This document shows, piece after piece, positions 9,420 to 19,092 of a stretch of 64,000 nt of DNA. The stretch lies in contig JAFTKN010000006.1 of NCBI GenBank assembly GCA_017453255.1, positions 45,856 to 109,855 of the forward strand. Reading direction: 5' to 3'. The translations under genes and the position numbers were made by a program. This DNA is from Clostridia bacterium. Its GTDB lineage: Bacteria; Bacillota; Clostridia; Oscillospirales; CAG-272. The notes below the pieces were generated by a model. The model did not search any database. It saw only the letters and a program-made list of their open reading frames with translations, and was not told the DNA's origin. How positions within the stretch are numbered: the first letter of the stretch is position 1; each line of letters begins with the position of its first letter.

Positions 9420-10520
9420 TTATTCAAGAATAATGTCGCAGATTCTATCTACAATTTCCTCTGTCAAATCTGCAAAGAGTGGCAGAGTTAAAACTCTTTG
9501 TGCTATATGCTTAGCAACAGGGGTCTTGTCCTCTCCTGCTGTTTCTAAATCCTTATAGCAATCAAAACCATTTATTAAGGGATAAAAATATTTTCTTGCT
9601 ATTATATCATGAGGTTTTAGCTTGTCAAAAATCTCATCTCGTGTATATTTATATCCATCAAAAACTACGGGAAAGTATGCGTAATTTGGCAAAACATCCT
9701 TTTGCTCAGGGCAAAGAATTATGCCCTCAGCACCGCTTAATCTTTCACGATATCTGCTGACAGCTTGTCCTCTTTTTGCTATTTCCTCATTAATATGTCT
9801 AAGGTTGCAAATTCCCATAGCAGCTTGAAACTCGTTCATTTTCGCATTTCCTGCTATGTATTTGCCTTCCTCTGGAGTATGCAATCCAAAGTTTTTAAGG
9901 TCATCAAGCACGCTTGCAAGGGAGCTATCCTTGTATGTTACTGCTCCACCCTCTATTGTGTTAAAAACCTTTGTTGCGTGGAAGCTAAACATAGATACAT
10001 CACCAAAATTGGCAGAGCTTATACCCTTGTATTTTACGCCAAAGGCGTGAGCAGAATCGTAAATAACCTTCAAGCTATGCTTTTTGGCTATTTGCTCGAT
10101 TTTTTCCACGTCGCACATATTTCCGTAAACGTGGACAGGCACAATTGCAACGGTATTTTCCGTGATAAGTGCTTCGATTTTATCTACATCTATTGTATAA
10201 TCCACCGAATTTATATCGCAGAATACAGGAACAAGTCCACATCTTGCAATTGCGTGAGTAGTTGAAGCAAAGGTAAAGGGTGTGGTTATTACCTCCTTAC
10301 CCCTCTCAAAGCCCATTGACTCAATTGCACCCTCAAGGGCAAGATGTCCGTTTGTATATAGAGTTATATTCGGCGTTGATAAATAATCTTTCAAATCTGC
10401 CTCGAGCTGCTTGTGCTTTTTTCCCATATTGGTCAGCCAACGGCTGTCCCAAAGCTCCTTTATTTCCTCGCAATACTCCTCATAGGAGGGCATTGACGAG
10501 CGTGTTACGTTTATTGACAT
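9420..10520 (-). CDS. DegT/DnrJ/EryC1-family PLP aminotransferase. Probably makes a dTDP-4-amino-4,6-dideoxyhexose (WecE/VioA-like); regiochemistry not determinable
   Basis: 366 aa of the DegT family (SFHATKVFNTIEGG with the lysine). It sits next to rfbA/rfbB, and no 3,4-ketoisomerase is seen in the locus. Confidence 0.8.
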   Translation of the reverse strand: MSINVTRSSMPSYEEYCEEIKELWDSRWLTNMGKKHKQLEADLKDYLSTPNITLYTNGHLALEGAIESMGFERGKEVITTPFTFASTTHAIARCGLVPVFCDINSVDYTIDVDKIEALITENTVAIVPVHVYGNMCDVEKIEQIAKKHSLKVIYDSAHAFGVKYKGISSANFGDVSMFSFHATKVFNTIEGGAVTYKDSSLASVLDDLKNFGLHTPEEGKYIAGNAKMNEFQAAMGICNLRHINEEIAKRGQAVSRYRERLSGAEGIILCPEQKDVLPNYAYFPVVFDGYKYTRDEIFDKLKPHDIIARKYFYPLINGFDCYKDLETAGEDKTPVAKHIAQRVLTLPLFADLTEEIVDRICDIILE

Positions 10521-10536
10521 AAATTAAGACTCCAAT

Positions 10537-10899
10537 TTAATCTTTTTTGTCCTCACAAGAGGGCATTTCTGACTCCTTTTCGCGACTTTCCACTTTGTTG
10601 TCACAGGGATCATCAGTCACTACCTCGTCCTTACTTTTCTTTTCCTTTTTTGGATACTTAAATGTAATAGTTTTGTTAATATACAAGGCAATCAAGCCTA
10701 TCAAAACTGCAACTGCAGCAGCTACTGTAACCCAAGGATAGTATTGCTTGTAGAGAAACACGGAAATGTTAGCGCCCGTCTCTCCACCTGCAATAATAGC
10801 ATAAATGAATGGAAACACAGGCAAAAATCCTGCAAACAATGATGATATAATCATAACACCATATATTTTATTCAGTACGTTATATATTTTTTCTCTCAT
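10537..10899 (-). CDS. Small membrane protein with an acidic, Cys-containing tail; function unknown
   Basis: 120 aa with three hydrophobic segments, then KKEKKSKDEVVTDDPCDNKVESREKESEMPSCEDKKD. It lies 13 nt downstream of the DctM-like gene. Confidence 0.5.
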   Translation of the reverse strand: MREKIYNVLNKIYGVMIISSLFAGFLPVFPFIYAIIAGGETGANISVFLYKQYYPWVTVAAAVAVLIGLIALYINKTITFKYPKKEKKSKDEVVTDDPCDNKVESREKESEMPSCEDKKD

Positions 10900-10912
10900 A
10901 TTGCACCTCTCA

Positions 10913-12316
10913 TTATACCAAGCCGAATAGCATATAATGCCCGAATATTATCATCAAAACAGAAAGCACATAGTGAATTGCTATCCACACACCACAGTTT
11001 AACAGTGTTGGCTTTGTTTCAGATTGAGCAATACCCATTGCTGTATAAACGCAAGCACAGTAAGGTGGGGTTACACCATGCATAGCACCACAAATACAAG
11101 GAAGCATAGCAGCTGCGAGAAGTGGACTTCCCCCTGCTCCTGCAATAATAGTTATTATGACGCCACCGAAAATTTTAACCTGTGTAGAACCTGGCAAAAG
11201 CATACCCAAAATAGCCATGAATAATGGCAAAATAACTGCAAGCGCCCAAAGTGGCATATTAATATTATCGAAAAGCTCCTTAACAACACCATTTACGTTG
11301 GTATCTGAAAGTGCGTTGCTTACAAAGTATGCAAACAATACGAGAGCCGAGGTTGGAACAACGCTCTTCATCCCCTTGCAAGCGGATTCAAGCATAAACT
11401 TAGGTGTCATTTTCTTGATTGTGTCCTTGCCTGACAGCAAAATACCACAAATTACGATTAGTGCAGGAATTATCAAAATAACAGAATCATTAAATGCCTT
11501 AGCTCCATCTACCAAAATCTTTACACTACCATCTGCTAAAGTTTCAGTAATATTAAGTCTTGATTGGAAGAAGTTCTCAAACACGCTTGTTAAAAGGAAT
11601 GGCGCAAATACTATAATTGGTAAGAATACAGCCTTCCAGCCTCTTTTCAATGTTTGTCTAAAGCTTGGTATATCTGCCTTTTCCATTGGCTCTACCTTAT
11701 AGTAGCGACACATACAATAAAGCGTAATTATGCGCTGAATAATGAACCAAATAGAAATAGCCCAAAGCACTAGCCAATACTGTGAATAAGTATATTGACC
11801 AGGGAATAGAGTGTCAAGGGCTGCAAAGGCAATAGCTATCATACCCGATGGTGGTATCATATTACCCATTGTGCTTGCGTGCGCTTCAACATTGGCAGCT
11901 AAATGCCTAGGATATTTAGACTTTATCATTGCAGGAATTGTGAAAACTCCTGTAGTAGCAACGTTACCGGGTCCACTTCCTGATAGTGAGCCCATATAGG
12001 TGCTTCCTATAATTGCAACATAGCCTGCACCACCTCTTAGTCTTCCAAAGATAGAAAGAATTAATGAAACACAATCGTCAATAACCGTAGTTTTGGAAAG
12101 TAACGAGGCAGACACTACAAAAACTATAATTACGTATAGACTTGGTGCCGTAAGTGCATCCCATATGTATTCTCCAACCTTGTCCCATTTCCACATAACG
12201 AATAAAAGGACAACGAAGGCAACAAGCATACTTTCGTGCAGCGGCCTTTTTACAACTGCAAAGAAAAGTATTGCAACAGCAAAAACTATTATTAAATATA
12301 CAAATTCAATTGGCAT
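10913..12316 (-). CDS. DctM-like (TRAP-transporter large permease family) membrane protein; no DctP or typical DctQ partner
   Basis: 467 aa, polytopic. GSLSGSGPGNVATTGVFTIPAMIKSKYPRHLAANVEAHASTMGNMIPPSG resembles the DctM consensus (GSs.A...a.g.i.iP.M...GY....a....a..g.lg.liPPS). Confidence 0.6.
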   Translation of the reverse strand: MPIEFVYLIIVFAVAILFFAVVKRPLHESMLVAFVVLLFVMWKWDKVGEYIWDALTAPSLYVIIVFVVSASLLSKTTVIDDCVSLILSIFGRLRGGAGYVAIIGSTYMGSLSGSGPGNVATTGVFTIPAMIKSKYPRHLAANVEAHASTMGNMIPPSGMIAIAFAALDTLFPGQYTYSQYWLVLWAISIWFIIQRIITLYCMCRYYKVEPMEKADIPSFRQTLKRGWKAVFLPIIVFAPFLLTSVFENFFQSRLNITETLADGSVKILVDGAKAFNDSVILIIPALIVICGILLSGKDTIKKMTPKFMLESACKGMKSVVPTSALVLFAYFVSNALSDTNVNGVVKELFDNINMPLWALAVILPLFMAILGMLLPGSTQVKIFGGVIITIIAGAGGSPLLAAAMLPCICGAMHGVTPPYCACVYTAMGIAQSETKPTLLNCGVWIAIHYVLSVLMIIFGHYMLFGLV

Positions 12317-12330
12317 TTTTTACTCCTTGT

Positions 12331-13620
12331 CTATACTTGCTTTCTTGATTCATAAATTTGGGGTTCAAAGCACGAAACTATCATATTTTGACCATTTTCG
12401 TCACAAATTTTAAGTGTACTATAAATAAATTCCGTTGTTTCCTTGGCTTCCCTACCATTTTTACAAACCATATCAATTTCGCAAAAGCGCTGAGCAACAT
12501 TGTGAGTTTCCTCAATTGTATCGCCCACTACGTACCTATCAAATACAGCAACAACCGATGGGTGCTTTTTTATTTCCTCAAGTCCTTCAATTGAGCCGAT
12601 TTTACCAGCCCTTAGAGTTGGCAAAACCTGTCCTACGGTTTTTCCTTGAAGCCATACGTCGTCCTTATCGAACATAGACTCGTAGCTTGACATTTTGCCA
12701 GTCAAGGCAAATTCAACCAAGGGATGCATTGGATTTTTGCCACAGGCGTGAGTAAACATTCTTTCATACTCTCCACCTGGTAGGCGAAGTCCTGGATCGT
12801 AAAACCTTACAGTATCGCCATCCACAAAGCCCTGCATAAACACAGGTGCGTTTTCAATGCCAAGATCCTTATAAAGTCCTTCGACTCTTTTATGCACGTT
12901 ATCCATATAAAGCTTCGTAAACACAGAGGGTGAGGCTGAGCCTACTGCAAGCTTATCCAAGCCGTCCTCGTGCCTTCCAAGTATTCTATCAACTGTTCTA
13001 ATTGGGCAAGCACGACCATTTATCATAATAATAGTCATGGAAAAGTCGTTTGCCTGACCCATATATTTTTCAATAACCACCTGTCCATTTGAACTTACAC
13101 TCTTTGCAAATCCAATGGCTCTCTCTGCCTCATCGTAACTATTACAAATAGTTTGCCCACGACTTCCACGGCTTTCACCTGGCTTTACAAGTATAGGAAA
13201 CTCCACATTTTTTTGTTTAATGTCCTCTTCCTTGTATTCGGGAATAACATCTACTCCGTTTTTGCGACAAGCCTCTTTAAACAAATTCTTGTCAGTAAGC
13301 ACATCAAACTGCTCTCTCGTACCAAAGCAAGGCAAGCCCAGTCTTTCACAAACCTGCTGATATGGCTTTTGACAGGCATCAAGAGAGGTGGAAATTACGC
13401 CGTCAATTTTTTCTTCTCTGCACATTTTTACAATCTCATCAATGTCGGTTATATTGTGCATAAAATATTTGTCCGCCATTTGCTTGGCAGGCGCTTTTTC
13501 TAGGGGCAGATAGTCAGTTACATAAACTATAACACCTAACTCCTTAGCAGCCTCAACCAGCTTACAATGCTGAAAGGCACCACCTATCACTAATAGCTTT
13601 TTTCCTTTTAAATCGTTCAT
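12331..13620 (-). CDS. ATP-grasp ligase (substrates unknown)
   Basis: 429 aa. KKLLVIGGAFQHCKLVEAAKELG pre-ATP-grasp domain, FPILVKPGESRGSRG and VIEKYM are typical ATP-grasp elements. Confidence 0.7.
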   Translation of the reverse strand: MNDLKGKKLLVIGGAFQHCKLVEAAKELGVIVYVTDYLPLEKAPAKQMADKYFMHNITDIDEIVKMCREEKIDGVISTSLDACQKPYQQVCERLGLPCFGTREQFDVLTDKNLFKEACRKNGVDVIPEYKEEDIKQKNVEFPILVKPGESRGSRGQTICNSYDEAERAIGFAKSVSSNGQVVIEKYMGQANDFSMTIIMINGRACPIRTVDRILGRHEDGLDKLAVGSASPSVFTKLYMDNVHKRVEGLYKDLGIENAPVFMQGFVDGDTVRFYDPGLRLPGGEYERMFTHACGKNPMHPLVEFALTGKMSSYESMFDKDDVWLQGKTVGQVLPTLRAGKIGSIEGLEEIKKHPSVVAVFDRYVVGDTIEETHNVAQRFCEIDMVCKNGREAKETTEFIYSTLKICDENGQNMIVSCFEPQIYESRKQV

Positions 13621-13632
13621 AAAGTTTTCCCT

Positions 13633-14637
13633 TTAAACTACTGTTACTGATAATTCCTTATAGCCCTTTGTCCCGACCTCAGCCTCAAGCATTTTTGATG
13701 GAACATTTAGACACTTATGCCAATTTACTATTGCCCTTGGTAAATCACAACCACCCATATGGCTAAACGGATAACCACCACCAAAGCGAGCATTCATTTC
13801 AAGAATATATGGTACGCCATTAACTAAAAATGCATCAACGTCCATATTGCCAATATGCTTTGTTATGCGACCAAGTCGCTCACACTCTGTTTTAATAGTT
13901 GGTTCATCTACTATCTCGGAAATATCTGTTTCACCTGCACGCATAGCAATTTTTTTCTTAAGAATTGAATTTTGGTAATTACCCTTTAGGTCATTTATGA
14001 TATCAACACCATACTCCTGACCATTAAGGCATTCCTGATATATAATCTTGTCCTCAACAGACGAGGATTCATATTTTAAGTAGCTTTTATTTATAGTTCT
14101 TGTATTTCTTCTAAAGAAGTACAAAAGCGCCATTTCGTCCTCTGCAATTGACATCGCAATAGAGCCACAGCCAAAGCGAGGCTTAACAATTACAGGGTAG
14201 CTAATTTCTCCCTTATCAAGTGCGTTTATAGTATCCTCTAATGTAAGATAGGTTTTTGGTACGTTAAAACCATTTTCCTTTAAAAATTCATAGGTTTTCC
14301 ACTTATCATTACAAATAGTAATCAATTCCTCATCAGATACAATAGCTCTTGTGCCTATTTCTGAAAATTTATCCTTGTTTTTTGCAAGAACTAATAAATC
14401 AATATCAAAAAGAGATATTAGCATATCTATTTTGTTTTCCTTGCAATAGTCAAGCAAAAATGGTATGTAATTTTCGTCGTAAATAAGGGGAGATATAACC
14501 GCCTTGTCTGCATAATGGAAGGCTACGGTTTTGTCATCAGAGTTACAAACATGTACCTGTCCGCCCTCCCCCAATGCTTCCTTAAAATATTTTACCATGT
14601 AGGCACGTCTGCCTACCGATGTTAAAAGAATGTTCAT
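13633..14637 (-). CDS. ATP-grasp ligase of the carbamoyl-phosphate-synthase-like subgroup (substrates unknown)
   Basis: I place the start at MNILLTSVGRRAYMV (14637, 2 nt after the upstream stop), not the ORF-track start at 14691. Has YPVIVKPRFGCGS and ILEMNARFGGGYP. Confidence 0.7.
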   Translation of the reverse strand: MNILLTSVGRRAYMVKYFKEALGEGGQVHVCNSDDKTVAFHYADKAVISPLIYDENYIPFLLDYCKENKIDMLISLFDIDLLVLAKNKDKFSEIGTRAIVSDEELITICNDKWKTYEFLKENGFNVPKTYLTLEDTINALDKGEISYPVIVKPRFGCGSIAMSIAEDEMALLYFFRRNTRTINKSYLKYESSSVEDKIIYQECLNGQEYGVDIINDLKGNYQNSILKKKIAMRAGETDISEIVDEPTIKTECERLGRITKHIGNMDVDAFLVNGVPYILEMNARFGGGYPFSHMGGCDLPRAIVNWHKCLNVPSKMLEAEVGTKGYKELSVTVV

Positions 14638-14638
14638 T

Positions 14639-16555
14639 TTATTTTTCCTTGATATAATATATGAGATGTAAATCCATTGGTCTTGGCTCATCTTCTTTTT
14701 CGTATTTCACAAATCCAAGACTATCATACATTTTAATAGCCACTTCATTGTTTGTGCTTGTGTATAAATTTACACTTTTAAAGCCTTTATTTTGTGCAGT
14801 CTGGATAAAATCAGATACAAGCTTTTTTCCTATGCCTTTGCCCCTTGCTTTATCCAAAACAGCAACTATTGAAATATATGCACTTTCCTTTTCTTCGTTA
14901 TTGGTATAACCTGCAACCAAGCCAACGATTTCCTCGTCATTCATTTCATAGCAAATTGTCGCATTTTTGATTAGCTTGTCTGCAAAAGCATTCAGGTCCT
15001 GCTTTTCGGAAAGTGGAACAGGAAAATCACTATCAACCTTTTTCAAAAATTGCAACAAAGAATCTTTTGATATTTCGATTGTGCCATTGTCACTTTCAAT
15101 CGTATTCTTTTTCTTTCGTTTTTTAAGAAAAGAAATAAGCATAGTTTTGCAAAATACGAAGCCTTTTAGCCTAAATATAGCCGAGCCTAAAACATAAACC
15201 ATTACGCCTGTAACTATTTGAATTGCGAGCATTAAAAATGAATTCATAGCAATAAAGCTAATTGCATATGTTGCACCAAACATTGCTCCTGCAAGTAACA
15301 ACGATGGTAAAATATCCTTCATTTGCTCTAAATACGAGTAATTTATTAGTTTTTTGTTCGGGAATGCATTAATAAAACAGCTTATCAAGGTTGTGATAAT
15401 TCCTGTAGCCGCAATCGCAATAGGTGAATCAAAGCAAAATACCGCTATTACAAGCGAGCTTATGCCTATTGTTTTTTTTATAATTTCAAGCTTTAAAAAT
15501 ATGTCACTTCTGCCAACTGCGTTTATCGCCTGCAAATTACACGAATGCACAGGTGTAAATGCAAGTGAAAAGCAATAAATCATCATATATGGTACTGCAA
15601 GAAGCCACTTTTCGGTTAGCAACACAGTAATTAATGGCGTAGCAACTGCTGCAAGTCCTGCCATCATAGGAAAAATTATGTATGAGCTAACTACGATTGA
15701 ATTTCTCATAAGAGCTTTTAGCTTCTTTTTATCGTCTTGCTCCTTTGAAAGTGCAGGAAGCATTACCGCTTGAACAGAGCCATTTATAGCATTTATTACA
15801 AAGTGTGGAAATTGCTTTCCTCTATTATAATAACCTAATGTTTTAGTATCATATTTTGCGCCAACAACTAAGCTTCTAACGTCTTGATATGAAACATCTA
15901 TTAGGTTTGACACAAGAAGCTTCCAACCGAATTTCAAAAGTGTTCCAACTCTTTTAAAGTCGATTATTAGCTTTGGTAGCCATCTTACAGTTATAAGCAT
16001 AACAAGACAGGTTACTACAAGATTAGCAAGTGTTTGAACAACAAGTGCCCAAAGTCCTCCACCATTCAATGCTATAACTATTCCAGAAACGCCAGCTACC
16101 AAAATGCCTAAGATATTGCTAAAAAACACCTTTTTGAAATTCATCTCACGTCTCACCTTAGCGAGCTGAACTGAGTTTATCGCTCCAGGAAAAAGCATCA
16201 GAGCAATTACTCTAAATGGCGCTATTATTTCTGGAGCTTCATATGCATTTGCAATCACAGGAGACAAAAAGAATATACCTACATATAATATTCCTGCTAC
16301 ACCAAGTGACACCCAAAACACCGACGAGAAATCCCTCTCATCTGCATCCTTTTTTTGAATTAAAGCGGTACTAAAGCCACTTTGAACAAAAACAGTTGCT
16401 AAATTTACAAAAATTATCATTATGGACAAAGAGCCATAATGCTCTGGAGATAAAATTCTTGCAAGAACTATTTGCAAAACGAATTGCACGCCCTGTACGC
16501 CAAATCGCTCAAGTAGCTTCCAGCCAAGCGCTTTAGAAACGTTATTATTACTCAT
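14639..16555 (-). CDS. Wzx-type oligosaccharide flippase (MOP superfamily) fused to a C-terminal GNAT acetyltransferase domain
   Basis: 638 aa. The N-terminal ~480 aa are polytopic with a Wzx-like start (ALGWKLLERFGVQGVQFVLQIVLARIL). The last ~155 aa (nt 14642-15106) are soluble and carry GNAT motif A (VLDKARGKGIGKKLV). Confidence 0.75.
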   Translation of the reverse strand: MSNNNVSKALGWKLLERFGVQGVQFVLQIVLARILSPEHYGSLSIMIIFVNLATVFVQSGFSTALIQKKDADERDFSSVFWVSLGVAGILYVGIFFLSPVIANAYEAPEIIAPFRVIALMLFPGAINSVQLAKVRREMNFKKVFFSNILGILVAGVSGIVIALNGGGLWALVVQTLANLVVTCLVMLITVRWLPKLIIDFKRVGTLLKFGWKLLVSNLIDVSYQDVRSLVVGAKYDTKTLGYYNRGKQFPHFVINAINGSVQAVMLPALSKEQDDKKKLKALMRNSIVVSSYIIFPMMAGLAAVATPLITVLLTEKWLLAVPYMMIYCFSLAFTPVHSCNLQAINAVGRSDIFLKLEIIKKTIGISSLVIAVFCFDSPIAIAATGIITTLISCFINAFPNKKLINYSYLEQMKDILPSLLLAGAMFGATYAISFIAMNSFLMLAIQIVTGVMVYVLGSAIFRLKGFVFCKTMLISFLKKRKKKNTIESDNGTIEISKDSLLQFLKKVDSDFPVPLSEKQDLNAFADKLIKNATICYEMNDEEIVGLVAGYTNNEEKESAYISIVAVLDKARGKGIGKKLVSDFIQTAQNKGFKSVNLYTSTNNEVAIKMYDSLGFVKYEKEDEPRPMDLHLIYYIKEK

Positions 16556-16572
16556 TTTATCTCCTTTCTTTA

Positions 16573-17871
16573 TTATTTTTCTTCATCTTCTAATATGCGC
16601 AGTTTAAATATTCTAACTATTAACCGAACCAACGCATTAAAAACCTTAGCCTTAAACAATTTAATACCTCTAAGAGTACTTTTATTATTCTTGTTTTTTT
16701 GGTTAAAAATGTATTCTGGATCGTTTGTTTTAACAGATTTCGCTCTTTCAAAGCATTTTTTAGTTAACTCTATATAGTCATCATTGCTCATTTTAATAAG
16801 TCTTTCAATATACGGCTTTATAGGATTTGCTGGATCTTCTCTTAAATATGTACCTTCCATTTCATGAATATATCCATATGTTTCGCAAGTCCTTGAGTAA
16901 TGCCTTGTGCAAAGTGATGGCAAGGCACAAATTGCACCATCAAAAAGCGCTCCTGCGAGTCCAATATTTAAATGCCCTTTTTCAAAATGCCTGCTTAAAT
17001 CAAATGGACTTACCGCCCCCACAAGTTCTATACTTTCTTGCGTTGCTTTTGACATTTTCGCTATTTTCTCAAGCACCTCATGTTCATCTGGTCCATATCC
17101 AATTATAACAAGCTTCAAGTTATTATACTTTTCCTTAAGCTCTACGAAATCATCTAACAAACCCAAAATATAACCTTTGTGAGGAAAATCAAATCTTCCA
17201 CAGGTTACTATTGTAAAATTGTTAACTCTTGAATTGGCCTTTTCTATAAAATAACTGTCGTCATAATCTTTAATATAATTGATTTTCTTTAAAACTTTTT
17301 CTTCCTTGCTGTCAATTTTTACACCATAATTCTTTTCATAGTAGTCTAAGTGTTTCAAGGAATATGCCCTTATACAATCCTTTTCAACAAGTTCCTTCAC
17401 ATAGTTCTTTACAAAGGCTGTCCAATATTTTTTTCCAAGCTTCGTTCTAAATGCTCTTTCTGGATAATACGCAATTCCTGTAAAATGTGGCAATGCAAGA
17501 ATATGGTTAAATTCCTCTACTTTCGCATATCGTCTAATTTTTTCAGCCTTCATAAAACTTATAATGTCCATGCTTATCATTGTAACGTGCTCACTGCTTG
17601 CAAAACTTATTTTTTTATGAGGATACCATGATATTGAGTTTCCCTTTATGTACACTATTTCTACCAATGGGTGTGAAATAATATCTTTAAAATAACACCT
17701 TTCAAATGATAATTTATTTGTTAGCCAAATTACTCGGTATCCATTTTGGGTTGAATGCTGAATAAGTTTTGCTAAATATGTTTCTATTCCTCCGATTTGC
17801 AATCCAAAATAATTTACAATTAAGGTCTTTTTAGAAATGCTTTTCTCACTTTGTTCCTTTTTCTTAATCAT
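16573..17871 (-). CDS. Putative GT-B glycosyltransferase (divergent)
   Basis: 432 aa. N-terminal LIVNYFGLQIGGIETYL resembles the GT4 GG.e motif. No other strong motif. Confidence 0.45.
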   Translation of the reverse strand: MIKKKEQSEKSISKKTLIVNYFGLQIGGIETYLAKLIQHSTQNGYRVIWLTNKLSFERCYFKDIISHPLVEIVYIKGNSISWYPHKKISFASSEHVTMISMDIISFMKAEKIRRYAKVEEFNHILALPHFTGIAYYPERAFRTKLGKKYWTAFVKNYVKELVEKDCIRAYSLKHLDYYEKNYGVKIDSKEEKVLKKINYIKDYDDSYFIEKANSRVNNFTIVTCGRFDFPHKGYILGLLDDFVELKEKYNNLKLVIIGYGPDEHEVLEKIAKMSKATQESIELVGAVSPFDLSRHFEKGHLNIGLAGALFDGAICALPSLCTRHYSRTCETYGYIHEMEGTYLREDPANPIKPYIERLIKMSNDDYIELTKKCFERAKSVKTNDPEYIFNQKNKNNKSTLRGIKLFKAKVFNALVRLIVRIFKLRILEDEEK

Positions 17872-17896
17872 TTTAACTTCCTATAAAATTCTAATT

Positions 17897-19081
17897 TTAA
17901 GCCAAATAAAGCTCAACATACTCTTTGAACTTTAGATTTTTATCAAATTCTCTTGCCTTGTCAAAGCAAGCTTCCTTGGCAAAGGGCTTGTCCTGACATA
18001 TGCGAACAATCTCCCTTTCCATTGCGTCTATATCATCTATTTCAACTACGCTACCACAGTCCTCATTTACACATTCAGGACTTCCACCCGCATTAAAGGT
18101 TACGACAGGAGTGCCACAGGCAAGGGACTCTATGTTTACAAGTCCTAAAACCTCTTCTCTTGTGGGATTTGCATATACATCACAAGCTGTGTAAATTTCG
18201 GCAAGCTCTCTTTGATTATTCGTTCTATGTATTGAAATTATGTTACTTGGCAATTGCTTGTCAACATTATCATTTGTACCTACTAAGACAATCTGATAAT
18301 CACTTGTCAAACACTGAGATAACTTAACAAACACATCAAGACCTTTTCGTTTTGTCCAGTTAGACGCAACGCCTAAAACAATTTTTTTGTTTTCTAAACT
18401 ATAATTTTTTCTAAAATCACTTTCGGTAGGCTTGAAAACATCTAAGTCTATTCCATTATTTATAACCTTTACAGGATAGTCCTTCAAGAAAGATTGCTTC
18501 ACATTATCAGCAAGCCATTTTGAAGGAGTAACTATAGTTAAATCATTAATTCCAGCAAACCACTCTTTTTTAAGTTTCCACATTTTCTTGGTTTTATCCA
18601 CATAAGTGTATGGATAGATTTTATAACGAGGGCACTCATAACACCCAGTTTTCCATTTTTGACATCCTTCATATTCAAAGTGTGAGCATTGAGCAGTAAA
18701 TCCCCAACAATCATGAAGTGTCCATATAACCTTTACGTTATTACTTTTTATATATTCAAATAACATCGGAACATTCAAATACCAACCATGTAGATTATGC
18801 AGATGCAACACGTCTACATTCAACTCAGTTAATCTTTTTATAAGATTTTTTGTTGCTTTCTTTGAACCTTTTTCGCTTATTCCTGTAAAAACACTTCTTA
18901 CTCTATTTAGCAAACTTGAACACTTAGATCCAATATACTCGTGTCCTTTTGGTGGAACTTCTTTCTTATATGCGGAAAATGTTACTACATTATGTCCGTT
19001 TTGACGTGCTAATGAGGCTGTATTTAGCATGATTCCACCCGTGCTTCCACGGAATCCTGTGTTTATTTCAGCTATTATCAT
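17897..19081 (-). CDS. Family 4 glycosyltransferase with a Cys-rich insert
   Basis: Start taken at ATG 19081 (AAAGGTG RBS), not the GTG at 19090. C-terminal EEVLGLVNIESLACGTPVV is the GT4 E(x7)E region. It also has HDCWGFTAQCSHFEYEGCQKWKTGCYECP. Confidence 0.75.
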   Translation of the reverse strand: MIIAEINTGFRGSTGGIMLNTASLARQNGHNVVTFSAYKKEVPPKGHEYIGSKCSSLLNRVRSVFTGISEKGSKKATKNLIKRLTELNVDVLHLHNLHGWYLNVPMLFEYIKSNNVKVIWTLHDCWGFTAQCSHFEYEGCQKWKTGCYECPRYKIYPYTYVDKTKKMWKLKKEWFAGINDLTIVTPSKWLADNVKQSFLKDYPVKVINNGIDLDVFKPTESDFRKNYSLENKKIVLGVASNWTKRKGLDVFVKLSQCLTSDYQIVLVGTNDNVDKQLPSNIISIHRTNNQRELAEIYTACDVYANPTREEVLGLVNIESLACGTPVVTFNAGGSPECVNEDCGSVVEIDDIDAMEREIVRICQDKPFAKEACFDKAREFDKNLKFKEYVELYLA

Positions 19082-19092
19082 TAAAATCACCT

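Noticed and set aside
9765-11702. Plus-strand ORFs of 166 aa (9765-10265) and 181 aa (11157-11702)
   Set aside because: They are antisense to the DegT aminotransferase and the DctM-like permease. Their translations are low-complexity and lack motifs.
13633-14691. Longer ORF-track starts for several genes (14691, 27039, 47482, 51522, 26533, 19090, 51431, 26805)
   Set aside because: The upstream extensions lack an RBS, overlap promoters or the preceding gene, or add non-homologous residues. Internal starts with good Shine-Dalgarno spacing and family-typical N-termini were preferred.
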